Position numbers and translations under genes: made by a program. This document shows positions 29,646 through 41,880 of a DNA stretch of 64,000 bases, piece after piece; position 1 is the stretch's first letter, and each line of letters opens with the position of its first letter. The stretch comes from the human T2T-CHM13v2.0 reference genome, Homo sapiens, in NCBI RefSeq assembly GCF_009914755.1, contig NC_060939.1; one strand, 5' to 3'. The notes under the pieces were generated by a model. The model had not been told where the DNA came from, ran no database searches, and worked only from the letters and a program-made list of their open reading frames with translations.

Positions 29646-30881
29646 GGCATGCTCAGGAAATAATTACACATATTTTATAACGCTTTTGATCCCATAAACG
29701 GTGGCCGGGGTGTGCTTTGAAAACAACAACAAGAGCAACAAAAGCAGCAGCAGCATTAGCCTACGGATTTCTAGAAAATAAGATGTTATGATGAAGTATA
29801 GTAAACATCAACCGTCTCTCACTACACGTTGAGAGATTCACAAAAGCGCTAGTTAACAACAGGAGAAAACAGCAGCTAACATGTCTTGGGGAAAATATAC
29901 GTCTTCCTGAAAATTGGGGATTTCTACTTCACCTGAAAAGAAATACATATGAAAAAGGAAAAACACAAACAAAACAAACCAAGCCAACAAACACGGGCCA
30001 AGGCACCGTCACTGGAAATCTTAAGTGAGCAAAGTATTAGTTCTCAGAAAGCGTTTCTATTTTGGGCAAATACTAAGAAGGCCCAGACTAGAGCTGTGAC
30101 ACCGTTCCCATTGTGAAACTATGCTGGCCGGGGGGCGGAGAAACTAAAACATCATGATAAAAGGTGATTGAGACCTAGTCAGGGTGAAGCTTTCCTAGGG
30201 AGGGAGACCTGAGGAGGGAAGCGGGGGAAAAAAACCCACAGCTGCAGACCCGCCCGCTTGCCCACGCGGGTCAAGGGTTATGCCATCGGCCCAAGCTTCC
30301 TCCGGGTAAGTGGGACCATGCCACCACCATCTTCAAAAATGGTGGCCACTGAGTGAGGCCTAACGCCCACCGATACAAATATCAGCCTGGAAAGAATGAG
30401 ATTGCTGTAAGAGGTGGAGGAAGGGGAGAGAAGACGGAGGCACACTTGGGTGGCTCCGGAAGGTTTCCATGCAGGGTGTCGGGAGGCGGGGTTGGGGGGT
30501 TTGGGGGGAACCCACCTAACTGACTCACTAAATGAAGGTAAAGGGACGTGGGTAGTGGGGGGAGCTGAGGGGCGACTTGAAAATTAAACTGACCCCTCCT
30601 AAAGCCCAAGTAGAAGAGTCTATGAGAATGAAAGAAACCAAAACACAAAGAAAACTAAAGCGCTGATCAAAGAACAATAGGGCCTCCGCCAGGGCGGAGG
30701 TTCCCTAGGCAACGAGGGAGAGAGGGAGGGGCCTCCAGAAGGGAGACAGAGAAACCAGTTGCCCCAGGCTCGATGAAGTTGGCGAGACCTCCCTCCGTGT
30801 CACCTCGACTTTCAATAACAGTGGCCGCTAGGTGATGCCCGAAGACAACAGATGCCTGCAAGTATCAGTCAGCACGGAAAA

Positions 30882-30884
30882 TAT

Positions 30885-30919
<35 letters not shown>

Positions 30920-31215
30920 TTTTATTTATTTAGAGACAGAGTCTCACTCTACAGCCTGAGCTGTAGTGCAGTGGCGCAATCTCAGCTCAGTGCAGCGTCT
31001 GCCTCCCAGGTTCAAGCGATTCTCCTGCCTCAGCCTCCCAATAGCTGGCTTTACAGGCACCTGCCCCACCGCTCCCGACTCAGTTTTGTATTTTTAGTAA
31101 AGACGGGGTTTCGCCATGTTGGCAAGGCTGGTCTCGAACTCCCAACCACAAGTGATCCACCCGCCTTGGCCTCCCAAAGTACTGGGATGACAGACGTGAG
31201 CCACCGCGCCTGGCC
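30882..31215 (-). mobile_element. AluS with (TTTA)n tail
   Basis: Antisense Alu GAGACAGAGTCTCACTCT...GTGAGCCACCGCGCCTGGCC. Confidence 0.93.
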
Positions 31216-31469
31216 TTAACCATTTACTTTTAAGTCGAGGAGCTTATCAGAGAAATATGAGAAGTATGGACGCCACACGTGACAGAGAGAAAAGTCTGAA
31301 AATGCCCCTTGCATCCAAGTGGGGACCCGGCCTCGACCTCCCGAAATCATACACCAAGTGGGGAAGCCCATCAAGGCCCGTCTGTCTAGATTCTTCTCGG
31401 CCTCTCTAAGCACCTAAGCACACGCTTCTCACTTTTGTGGAAGGGGCAGGGCTCTTCCCGTCACAGGGG

Positions 31470-31548
31470 GTCTGACAGACTGACAGAGAAAGAGACAGAC
31501 ATAGAAAGACAGAGATGGACAGAGAGAGATAGAGAGAAACAGACAGAA

Positions 31549-31581
<33 letters not shown>

Positions 31582-33350
31582 CAAGGAGGGAGAGAGACAC
31601 ACAGACAGGTAGAGAAAGAGAGTAAGACAGAAGACAGACACAGTGAGAGAGACAGGCAGAGAGAGAGAGAGACAGACAAAGACATAGAAAGAGAGAGAAA
31701 GACAGAGAGAGACAGAGAGAAACAGACAGAAAGAGAGAGATAGAGAGAGAGAGAAACAGAAAGGGAGGTAGACAGACAGAGAGAGAGAGAGACTGACGGA
31801 CAGATAGGCAGAGAAAGAGAGTAAGACAAGACAGTCACAGTGAGAGAGACAGGCAGAGAGAGACAGAGAGAAAGAAAGGGAGAGACAGACAGAGAGACAG
31901 AGAGAGAAAGACAGATGGAGAGAGAGAGAGAAACAGAAAGAGAGAGAGACAGAGACAGAGACAAACAGGGAGGAAGGGAGACAGACAGAGAGAGAGAGAC
32001 AGACAGGCAGAGAAAAAGAGTAAGACAGAAGATATGCACAGATAGACAGACAGGCACAGAGAGAGAGACAGAAAAAGAAAGAGACAGGCCAGGCACAATG
32101 GCTCATGCCTGTCATCCCAACACATTGGGAGGCTGAGGTGGGCGGATCACCAGGTCAGGAGATCAAGACCAACCTTGCTAACACGGTGAAACCCCGTCTA
32201 TACTAAAAATACAAAAAATATAGCTGGTCATGGTGGTGGGCGCCTGTAGTCCCAGCTACTCGGGAGGCTGAGGCAGTAGAATGGCGTGAACCTGGGAGGT
32301 GGAGGTTGCAGTGAGCCGAGATCGCGACACAAAAAAAAAAAAAAAGAGAGAGAGAAAGACAGACAGAGACAGAGAGAGACAGAGAGAAACATACAGAAAT
32401 AGAGAGAGACAGAGAGAGAGACAGAGAGAAACAGAAAGGCAGGGAGAGAGAGAGAGACAGAAAGACAGGCAGAGAAAGAGAGTAAGACAGAAGAGAGACA
32501 CAGTGAGAGAGACAGGCAGAGAGAGAGAGACAGAGACAAAGACAAAGAAAGAGAAAGACAGAGATGGACAGAGAGAGAGGAACATAGAGAAACAGAGACA
32601 GAGAGAGAGAGAAACAGAAAGGGAGGGAGAGAGACAGAGAGAGAAACAGGCAGAGAGAGACAGAGAGAAAGAAAGGGAGAGAAAGACAGAGAAAGAGAGA
32701 CAGAGACAAAGACAAAGAAAGAGAAAGACAGAGATGGACAGAGAGAGAGGAACATAGAGAAACAGAGACAGAGAGAGAGAGAAACAGAAAGGGAGGGAGA
32801 GAGACAGAGAGAGAAACAGGCAGAGAGAGACAGAGAGAAAGAAAGGGAGAGACAGACAGAGAAAGAGACAGAGAGAGAAAGACAGAGACAGACAGAGAGA
32901 GACAGACAGAAACAGAAAGAGAGAGACAGAGACAGAGAGAAACAGACAGACAGGGAGGGAGGGAGACAGACAGAGAGAGAGAGAGACAGACAGACAGGCA
33001 GAGAAAAAGAGTAAGACAGAAGATAGGCACAGACAGAGAGACAGGCACAGAGAGAGAGACAGAGAAAAAGAAAGAGACAGAGAAAGACAGAGAGAAACAC
33101 AGAGAGAAAGAAACAGAAAGGGAGAGAGAGAGAAACAGACAGGAAGGGAGAGAGAGAGACAGACAGAGGCAGAGAAGGAGAATAAGACAGAAGACAGATG
33201 CAGTGAGACAGGCAGAGAGAGAGACAGAGAAAGACAGAGACAGACAGAAAGAGAGAGACAGAGAGAAAGAGAGAAACAGAAAGGGAGGGAGAGAGAGACA
33301 GACAGAGGGACAAGCAGAGAAGGAGAGTAAGACAGAAGACAGACACAGAA
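31470..33350 (-). repeat. Second IGS CT-rich tract
   Basis: (GA)n/(GACA)n with the same composite unit. 170-bp tandem duplication at 32531/32701. Confidence 0.9.
32087..32345 (+). mobile_element. AluY-like element lacking the last ~35-40 nt before the A-tail
   Basis: GCTAACACGGTGAAACCCC and AATGGCGTGAACC diagnostics. GAGATCGCGACAC is joined directly to A-tract. Confidence 0.88.
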
Positions 33351-33374
33351 GAAAAACAACCACCAAGAAAGTTA

Positions 33375-33620
<246 letters not shown>

Positions 33621-33960
33621 AAAGAAAGAAAAGACAGATTGGTGAGATGCATCTCAAAATTTTGTTTGCAGTCCCCGTACTAAAAACGGAAAGAACCAAT
33701 ACATGACAAATATGACCAAAGCGTACCGTGCCCACACGTGTCATCACAGCACTATGGGAGGCCGATGTGGGAGGATCGCTGGAGCCTAAAAGTTTGAGAT
33801 CACCTCGACATGTGAGATGACATCTGTAATAATAATAATCATAGAAGTTTAAAAAGGGATTATGTGTGCCCAGAGCATGGACAACAAAGCGAGAGCACAT
33901 CCGTACTAAAAACGATTGATAGACAGGCAGGCAGGCAGGCAGGCAGGCAAATATAGAATG

Positions 33961-34345
33961 AGCCAGGTGCAGTGTCTCACGCCTGTAATAGCAGCAGTGT
34001 GGGCGGCCGAGGCAGGCAGGCAGATTGCTTGAGAACAGGAGCTCGAGACCAGCCTGGGCAACATGATAGAACCCCGAACCCCATCTCACTCACATACATA
34101 CATACATACATACCTAAGGAAAACATGAGAAACAACATAAAAGTCAACCGGTGTGGTGGTGCATGCCTGTAGTCCCAGGTAATGGGGATGGGAGAGATCA
34201 GAGGCAGGACGACCGCTTGGTCGGTCCAAAGTGTTGAGTCTGGGGTGATCCTGGGCGACAGACACAGAGGAAGACCCTTCCAGTAAGGAAGGAAAGAAGG
34301 AAGGAAGGAAGGAAGGAAGGAAGGAAGGAAGGAAGGAAGGAAGGA
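33961..34345 (+). mobile_element. Old AluJ-like element with internal (TACA)n and (GGAA)n tail
   Basis: Degenerate left and right arms; GATTGCTTGAG..CAGGAG.TCGAGACCAGCCTGGGCAACAT. Confidence 0.78.
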
Positions 34346-34960
34346 AATAAATAAGCAAGCAAGCAAGAAAGCAAACGATGAACATGACAATGACATAGAA
34401 TAACCCATGACAATATACAAGCAAATAAGAGGGTATGAATAAAGCTAAAAGGTAATTAAGATCACAATCAATTGTTTTCTCCCCACCCCATCCCACCCCA
34501 CCTCACCCCACCTCACCCCACCTCACATAAGCTGGAGTGGAGTTGCGCGATCATAGCCCACGTTAGCCACTGCCTCCCGGGCTTAAGATATGCCTGTAGT
34601 CCCAGCTACTTGGGAGGCTGAGGTTACCAGAGCCCAGAGTGAGAAGACAGGCAGGCCCAAAAATAAAAAATAAATAAGCGAAAATAAAAAATAATAAATG
34701 AAAGAAGGAAGGAAAGAAGGAAGGAAGGATATACATACACGTGTATATGTAAATGAAATGGGTTTTCATTTAATACATATTCATACATTAAAATTAACAT
34801 TTATAATATAAACGTATTAATTATGGAAATATCTATATAGTTTTATCACTACATATTTATGTGTGTGTAAGTATGTATGTGTGTGTGTATATATATATAT
34901 ATAAATGTATGTTTATACACAGCAGCGTGCAGAAAATAAGATTGAAGGAAAAAAGGAATT

Positions 34961-35270
34961 GGCTAGGCGTGGTGGCTCACGTCTGTACTCCCAGCACTCT
35001 TTGGGAGGCCGAGGCGGGTGGAAGGTCAGGAGTTCGAGACCAGCCTGGCCAATATGGTGAAATTCCGTCTTTACTCAAAATACAAAAATTGCTGTTCGCT
35101 TGAACCCTGGAGGCAGAGGCAACGGCAGCAGTGAGCCGAGAAGGCACCACTGCATTCCAGCTCCAGCTCCAGCCTGGGCGACAGAGCGAGACTCCATCCC
35201 CAGAAAAAGGAAAGAAAGAAAGAAAGGAAAAAAAGAAAAAAAAAAACACAAGACAAAACCAAAAAAACAA
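34961..35270 (+). mobile_element. AluS with internal deletion
   Basis: GGCTAGGCGTGGTGGCTCACG...GCGACAGAGCGAGACTCCATC. Confidence 0.88.
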
Positions 35271-35490
35271 AAGGAGGAAGTATTACTTACTGACGGCAAC
35301 AGTGACTCTCTCTTAAAAGTACCGTGGAAGCAAACAAAGTGGGTCTGAAAAAAATGTAAGAGAGGGAGTTCCGTGTGGTCCCAGCTCCACCAAAGGCTGA
35401 GGCTGGTGAGGGCCACCCACGCATGAATGGGGATAGGTGCCCTCACATGGGTGAGCCACACCATCCAGTGGGACCGCCACAGGCCACCTG

Positions 35491-35811
35491 CTGGTCAACC
35501 TGGGACACAGGGAGCCGCCGGCTAAGTCTGGAGCTCACGGGCGGCAGCTGGTCAACCCTGGAGGTTCCCACCAAGATGCGGACACTCTGGATCCGGCTCA
35601 TCCTGACGGGCACCCCTGCACACCGCTTGGTCCAGAGGTCCTGCTGATCGGCATGTGACACAGCGAGCCGCCGGCTGTCTCACACCCTCGGGCGGCAGCT
35701 GGTCGACCCCGGAGGCCCGACCGAGGAGCAGCCACGAGTGGAGATTGGCCATGGTGGGGACGCCCTGGGCCTTGCCACGCGCTTCCCGCCACCTGCAGTA
35801 CTGGTCGACCC
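35491..35811 (-). terminator. Pol I terminator (TTF-I Sal box) cluster
   Basis: GGGTCGACCAG is perfect on the minus strand at 35801-35811 (T1, after a pyrimidine tract) and 35699-35709, and decayed at 35548-35558 and 35491-35501. Confidence 0.88.
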
Positions 35812-36143
35812 ATGTGGAGGAAAGAGAAAGGGCACGAAGGCCAGAACCCCAGGTGGCCACCCCACGGGCCCGCCCGGCCACCCCTGGGGCAGGGGCTGGC
35901 AGGCTACAGACCCAGCTCGGCACAGCCACCTCCACAGGTCCACCCCATGCTCCCCGAGCACCTTCCAGCCCAGAGCAGACAAGCCACCTCGGCAGTGAAC
36001 AGGGAGGAGAGGGGAACCAAAGTATCGGGGCACGCCGGTGGGGACAAGCACCCCCCTCACCCGTGGTCGGTGAGAGGTCAGGAGAGAGGAAGATGGATGG
36101 TGCCAGACAAGCCCACCCCACCGGGCCACCCCACACACGCGCG
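35812..36143 (-). other. 3' ETS of the 45S pseudo-unit
   Basis: ~330 bp GC-rich segment between the 28S 3' end and T1. Confidence 0.82.
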
Positions 36144-36600
36144 GACAAACCCTTCTGTCAAGGGCTGACTTACAATAGATCACAGAGAGGGAGCTGTTCT
36201 GCTACTTACGAAACTCTGACCCGGAAGCAGGTCGTCTATGAATGGTTTAGTGCCAACTTCCCCCCGAATGTATGCTGCGTGACGGGCGAGTAGGTAGCCT
36301 TTCCAGCCACACCCTTCCCAGGATGAAGGGCACTCTGCACCGGACCCAGTCCTGGCACACGGTGGGACACACCTAACCCAGGGCGCCGCAGCCCACCAGC
36401 AGGGATGGGGAACCAGCTATCCAAGGCCAACCAAGGCTCCATGACGTTGCTGTATCCTTCCACCTGGGTGGGATTCTGACTTAGAGGCATTCAGTCATAA
36501 TCCAACAGATGGTAGTTTCACCCCATTGGCTCCTCAACCAAGCACATGTCTGAACCTGTGGTTCCTCTCATGCTGAGCAGGTACCATGGCAACACATCAT

Positions 36601-36636
<36 letters not shown>

Positions 36637-37205
36637 TCCAGCTCACATGCCCTATTAGTTGAACAATCCAATGCTGGGTGAATTCTACTTCACAATGATA
36701 GGAAGAGCCAACATCAAAGGATCAAAAAGCAACGTCCTTATGAACACTTGGCCACAACAAGCCAGTTATCTCCTGTGGTAACTTCCTGACAACCTCCTGC
36801 TTAAAAAGGTCAGAAGGATAGTCAAAGCCCAGCTTTCAGTCTGTATTCCCACTGAAAATCAAGATCAAGCGAGCTTTTGCCCTTCTCCTCACGAAGTTTC
36901 TGTCCTCCCTGAGCTCGCCTTAGGACACCAGCATTACCGTTCAACAGGTGTACCGCTGCAAACTCCCCACCTGGCACTGTCCCCGGAATGGGTCACACCC
37001 AGCCAGCACACAGCTGGACACTTGGCGCCAGAAGGGAGAGCCCCTCAGAGCTCACCCCCTGCCTCACCAGGTCAGTGAAAAAACTATCAGAGTGGTAGTA
37101 TTCCACGGGCAGCCCACAGGACCCCACCCCTCGCCCTCAGGGGGACAGGGGATCACAGGGGACCTCCCACTTATTCTACATCTCTCACATCTCTTCACCA
37201 TGCCA

Positions 37206-37240
<35 letters not shown>

Positions 37241-40200
37241 ACTGATTCCACCAATCCCATTCCCTTGGCTGTTGTTTCACTGGAGAGTAAGTAGGTAGGG
37301 ACAGTGAGAATCTCATTCATCCATTCATGCACATCACTAGTTAGATGACGAAGCATTTGGCTACCTTAAGAGAGTCACAGTTACTCCCTCCATTTACCCG
37401 TGCTTCATTGAGTTTCTTCATTTTGACATTCAGAGCAATTGGCAGAAATCACTTTGCAACAGCCCCCAAGGGCCTTCGCGATGCTTTGTTTAAACAGTCG
37501 GATTCCCCTGGTGCACACCAGTTCTAAGTCGGCTGCTAAGCACTGGCCGAGGCGCTGCACGGAACCGCAGCCCCGGGGGCAGGGACCAGCCAGCAGCCCG
37601 CCACCGCCACAGAGGTGGGGACAGGAGAAGGATGGGGCCCGGGGGAGGTGGGGGAACGAACCACCCCGCCCACCACCCACGGACACCCGGTCGTTCCCTG
37701 CCCACGCGGACATACACGATGGTGCGGAGCGAGACAGGGCACACCAGCAACCACCAGGCTCCCCATGGGCGGCCACAACTGGGGTAATCCACGGGAATGG
37801 CCCAACTTGCGTCCAGAGTCACGGCCAACACCAGCCCCCTGGGCCCCATCACGGGAGGTCATGCCCCACCAACAGGGCCCTATGGCCACCGCCAACCCCA
37901 GGGAGGGGGAGGACAGGGAGAGAGGGGGCGGGGTAGGGAGCGGCACGCGGCGTGGGGCAGGGGAGGGCCACGACAGGCTCGCCCGGGGCGTGGGGGGGTG
38001 GTGGCACCTCGTCCAGTGGCGGCACGCACCCAGCCCTTACAGCCAATACTTATCCCAAAGTTACGGATCCAGCTTGCTGACTTCCCTTACCTACATTGTT
38101 CCAACATGCCAGAGTCTGTTCACCTTGGAGACCTGCTGCAGATATGGGTATGGCCCTGTGCGAGACTTACACAGTCTCCCCTGGATTTTCAAAGGCCAGC
38201 CAGAGCTCACCAGATGCCGCCAGAACCACGACGCTTTCCAAGGTACAGGCCCCTCTCTCAGGGCGAACCCATTCCAGGGCGTCCTGCCCTTCACAAAGAA
38301 AAGAGAACCCTCCCCGGGGCTCCTGCATGCTTCTCCAGGATCGGTCACATTACCGCACTGGAAGCCTCATGGTGCCCATCTCTGCCACTCTGGATTCAGG
38401 GATCTGAACCCGTCTCCCTTTCAACCGGCTGAGGGCAATGGAGGCCCTCACCCGTCCCTTCGGAACGGCACTCACCCATCTCTCAGGACCAACCGACACA
38501 TGTTCAACTGCTGTTCACATGGAACCCTTCTCCACTTAGGCCTTCAAAGTTCTCATTTGAAAATTTGCTACTACCACCAAGTTCTGCACCTGCAGTGGCT
38601 CCAACCGGGCCCATGCCCTAGACTTCAAAGCTTACCGCAGCGGCCCTCCTACTCGTCGCGGCATAGAATCCGTGGGGCTCTGGGGGAGGGTGCAGGAGAG
38701 GACCCCCACCACACTCACACGGGCATAACGCCCCTGCCGCTCCCGTCCACTCTCAACTGCCAGCAACGGCCGGGTATGGGCCGGACACTCCAGCACCATC
38801 CATTTTCAGGGCTAGTTGATTCAGCAGGTGAGTTGTTACACACTCCTTAGCAGATTCCAACTTCCATGGCCACCGTCCTGCTGTCTATATCAACCAACAC
38901 ATTTTCTCGGGTCTGATGATTGTTGGCATCGGGCACCTTAACCCGGCATTCTGTTCATCCCACAATGCCAGTTCTACTTACCAAAAGTAGCCCACTAAGC
39001 ACTCGCATTCCACGCCCAGCTCCACGCCAGCAAGCCGGACTTCTTACACATTTAAAGTTTCAGAATAGGTTGAGATCGTTTCGGCACCAAGACCTCTAAT
39101 CATTCGCTTTACCGGATAAAACTGTGTGGGGAGGTTAGGTTTGCGAGAGCACCAGGTATCCTAAGGGAAACTTCAGAGGGAACCAGCTACTAGATGGTTT
39201 GATTAGTCTTTTACCCCCTATACCCAGGTCGAAAGACCGATTTGCACGTCAGGGCCGCTACGGACCTCCACCAGCGTTTCCTCTGGTTCCACCCTGCCCA
39301 GGCATAGTTCACCATCTTTTGGGTCCTAACACGTGCGCTCGTGCTCCACCTCCCTGCCGCGGCAGGCGAGACGGGACGGTGGTATGCCGTCGGCAGACTG
39401 GAGAGGCCTCGGGATCCCACCTCGGCCAGCGAGCACACCGCCCTTCACCTTCATTGCTCCACAGCGGCTTTCGTGGGAGCCCCTGACTCACCAACGTGTT
39501 AACCTTGGTCCATTTTTCAAGTAGGGTCGGGTGGGGAGACAACGTCGCCGCTGACCCCATGTGCTCGCTCCACCGAGTGACGTCCGCATGGCCCCGAGAG
39601 AACTCCCCCGGGGCCGACAGTGTGACCCGCCCATGGCACACTGGGGACAGTCTACCCCACCCCTCTATGCGGTCCCCCGTCGGTGGGGATGCATGGAGGC
39701 GGGTGGGAGAGCAGTCACACCGTGGGCGGGGTGGCCCAGCCCCCCACCAGGAGACACAGGCGCACCCCCAAGGGGGTGGGCACCGGCAAGGGAGAGCACG
39801 GCAATGGGTCTCGCTCCCTCCGCCCTGGGATTTGGCTAGGGCTGCTGCGGGGGGTCTGTAACTCAGGAGGTTCGGTCCCACCACTGCCGCCACCCCGACC
39901 CGCATGGCCTCCCGAGGGAGGACGCGGGGCCGGGGAGAAGACGGGGAAGGACGGACGGGGCCCCCAGACCCACCTTTCCCCACCGGGCCTTCCCAACCAT
40001 CCCAGAGCCAGCCACAGTGCACCGCTGTGGTGGAAATGCCGCCAGTCGCCAGTTAGGGGATGGTCACCCACCGACCCCGGCCCTGCCCGCCCACACCAAC
40101 CCACCTCCGGGGAGGAGGAGGGGCAGTCGGGGAGGGAGGGCGGGTGGAGGGTTCGGGAGGAACTTGGGGCGGGAAAGATCCACTGGGCCACCGACACGGC

Positions 40201-40548
40201 CGGACCCGCCACCAGGTTGAATCCTCTGAGCAGACTGCGCGGACCCCACCCATTTACCTCTTAATGGTTTCACGCCCTCTTGCACGCTCTTCAAAGTTCT
40301 TTTCAACTTTCCCTTACGGTACTTCACTATTGGTCTCGTGCCGGTATTTAGCCTTAGATGTTTACCACCCACTTTGGTCTGCATTCCCAAGCAACCCAAC
40401 TCCAGGAAGACCCAGGCCCAGCACGCCAGGGGCCGCTACCAGCCTCACACCATCCACAGTCTTGGCCTAGATCAGGACTTGGGCCACCGACGAGCAGTGC
40501 CAGGGACTGGGCCTTCCATACACAACATTTCCCACACCCCACCCCAGG

Positions 40549-40584
<36 letters not shown>

Positions 40585-40676
40585 ACCGTTACTGAGGGAA
40601 TCCTGGTTAGTCTCTTTTCCTCCGCTCACTAATACGCTTAAATTCAGCGGGTTGCCACGTCTGATCTGATGTCACG
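36144..40676 (-). rRNA. RNA28S: 28S rRNA pseudogene (near full length, many CpG transitions and small deletions)
   Basis: 3' end GACAAACCCTT.TGTC.AGGGCTGACTT; 5' end GCTTAAATTCAGCGGGT.GCCACGTCTGATCTGA; conserved cores throughout (e.g. CTGACTTAGAGGC.TTCAGTCATAATC). Confidence 0.96.
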
Positions 40677-41714
40677 TCTCGGAGGGGAACGAGGCAAATG
40701 GGCCGGCAGGGGTGGGCTGGTCAGCGGACTGATGAAATGCACCAGCCTGCCTGACCACCCGACGCTCTGTCGGGAGATGGGCCCGGCTAAGGGAGAGGCG
40801 AGAGCGAGAGAGCCACGGCTGACTGCACCCCTGCCACCCTGCCACAGCAGGATGACGGGAGGGAAGGGCACAGACCAGGGGTGGGACGGCCACCGCACAC
40901 CTCCCTGGGGGACAGGTCCAAGGTTGCAGCAGCCGCACCGCCCCACCCCAACGCGGAAGCTCAGGACAGGGACCCGGCATGGCACGGCCACAAGCTGGAG
41001 GCAGTCACGCGATGGCAGACGACACCACGGCGTCCCGCGAACCCTGGGACCGCAGCCACGAGTGCGCCTGGGCGGGCCGCGAGGTGGGCTTCCAGCCCCA
41101 TACACGCCACAAAGCAAGCCAGGTGGGCAGGCGGCGGGTGAGGGGGACAGTGCCCCATAGGGGTGGTAGGGAGCAGGGGCACGGGAGCAGCGGTCAGCCA
41201 GACACCAGGCCGCCACCAGGGGCAGGCAGTGAACCACAACAACCAGGACACGCTCCCCGACCATCTCCCTGCCAGACCCTTCCAGACCTACCTTCCTACC
41301 CCCCACGACGCACCCCCACCACTGACGAAGCGCGACGACAATGGCACGGGACCTTCCACCTGGCCAGGGCCAATGAACCACGAGCCACGTGCAGCACAAG
41401 GTAGCTCCAAAGGGAGGAACCTGGACCACATTGGCAGCCACAGGAGCTCGGCCAGAGCCAGCTTTCTTCCCTCTCCATTTTTGTGGGCGGTGACACCACC
41501 ATCTCTCTCCCAGCCGGGCCCCCCTTCCCCCTGCCACCAACACGTGACCACACAGGGCCCACAGGGTGAGGGGGAAGGGGCGTGCGCAGCGGAAGGGCGA
41601 ACATCGCTGGGTCTGTACTTGGGGGGATGGAGGGCCCCGGCAGACCCTGCAAGGGAACCCCCTAGCCACACACCCCAAGGAACCCAGAGGCACCCCCAGG
41701 GGCAATTGATCAGC
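40677..41714 (-). other. ITS2 (degenerate)
   Basis: ~1.04 kb GC-rich spacer between 5.8S and 28S. Confidence 0.88.
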
Positions 41715-41864
41715 AAGTGACGCTCAGACAGGCATAGTCATGTGAGGAACCCAGGGCCACAAGTGCTTTCGAAGTGTCGGTGATCAATGTGTCCTGCAAT
41801 TCAAATTATCATAGCTAGCTGCATTCTTTGATGCACGAGCTGAGTGATCCACTGCTAAGAGTCC
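41715..41864 (-). rRNA. RNA5-8S: 5.8S rRNA pseudogene
   Basis: GACGCTCAGACAGGC...TTCGAAGTGTCG.TGATCAATGTGTCCTGCAATTCA...GAGTGATCCAC.GCTAAGAGTC, with two short deletions. Confidence 0.96.
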
Positions 41865-41880
41865 TATGAGGTCGATTTGG

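Noticed and set aside
34480-34526. (CCCCA/CCTCA)n G-quadruplex-like tract as a regulatory element
   Set aside because: Ordinary simple repeat in the spacer, with no supporting context.
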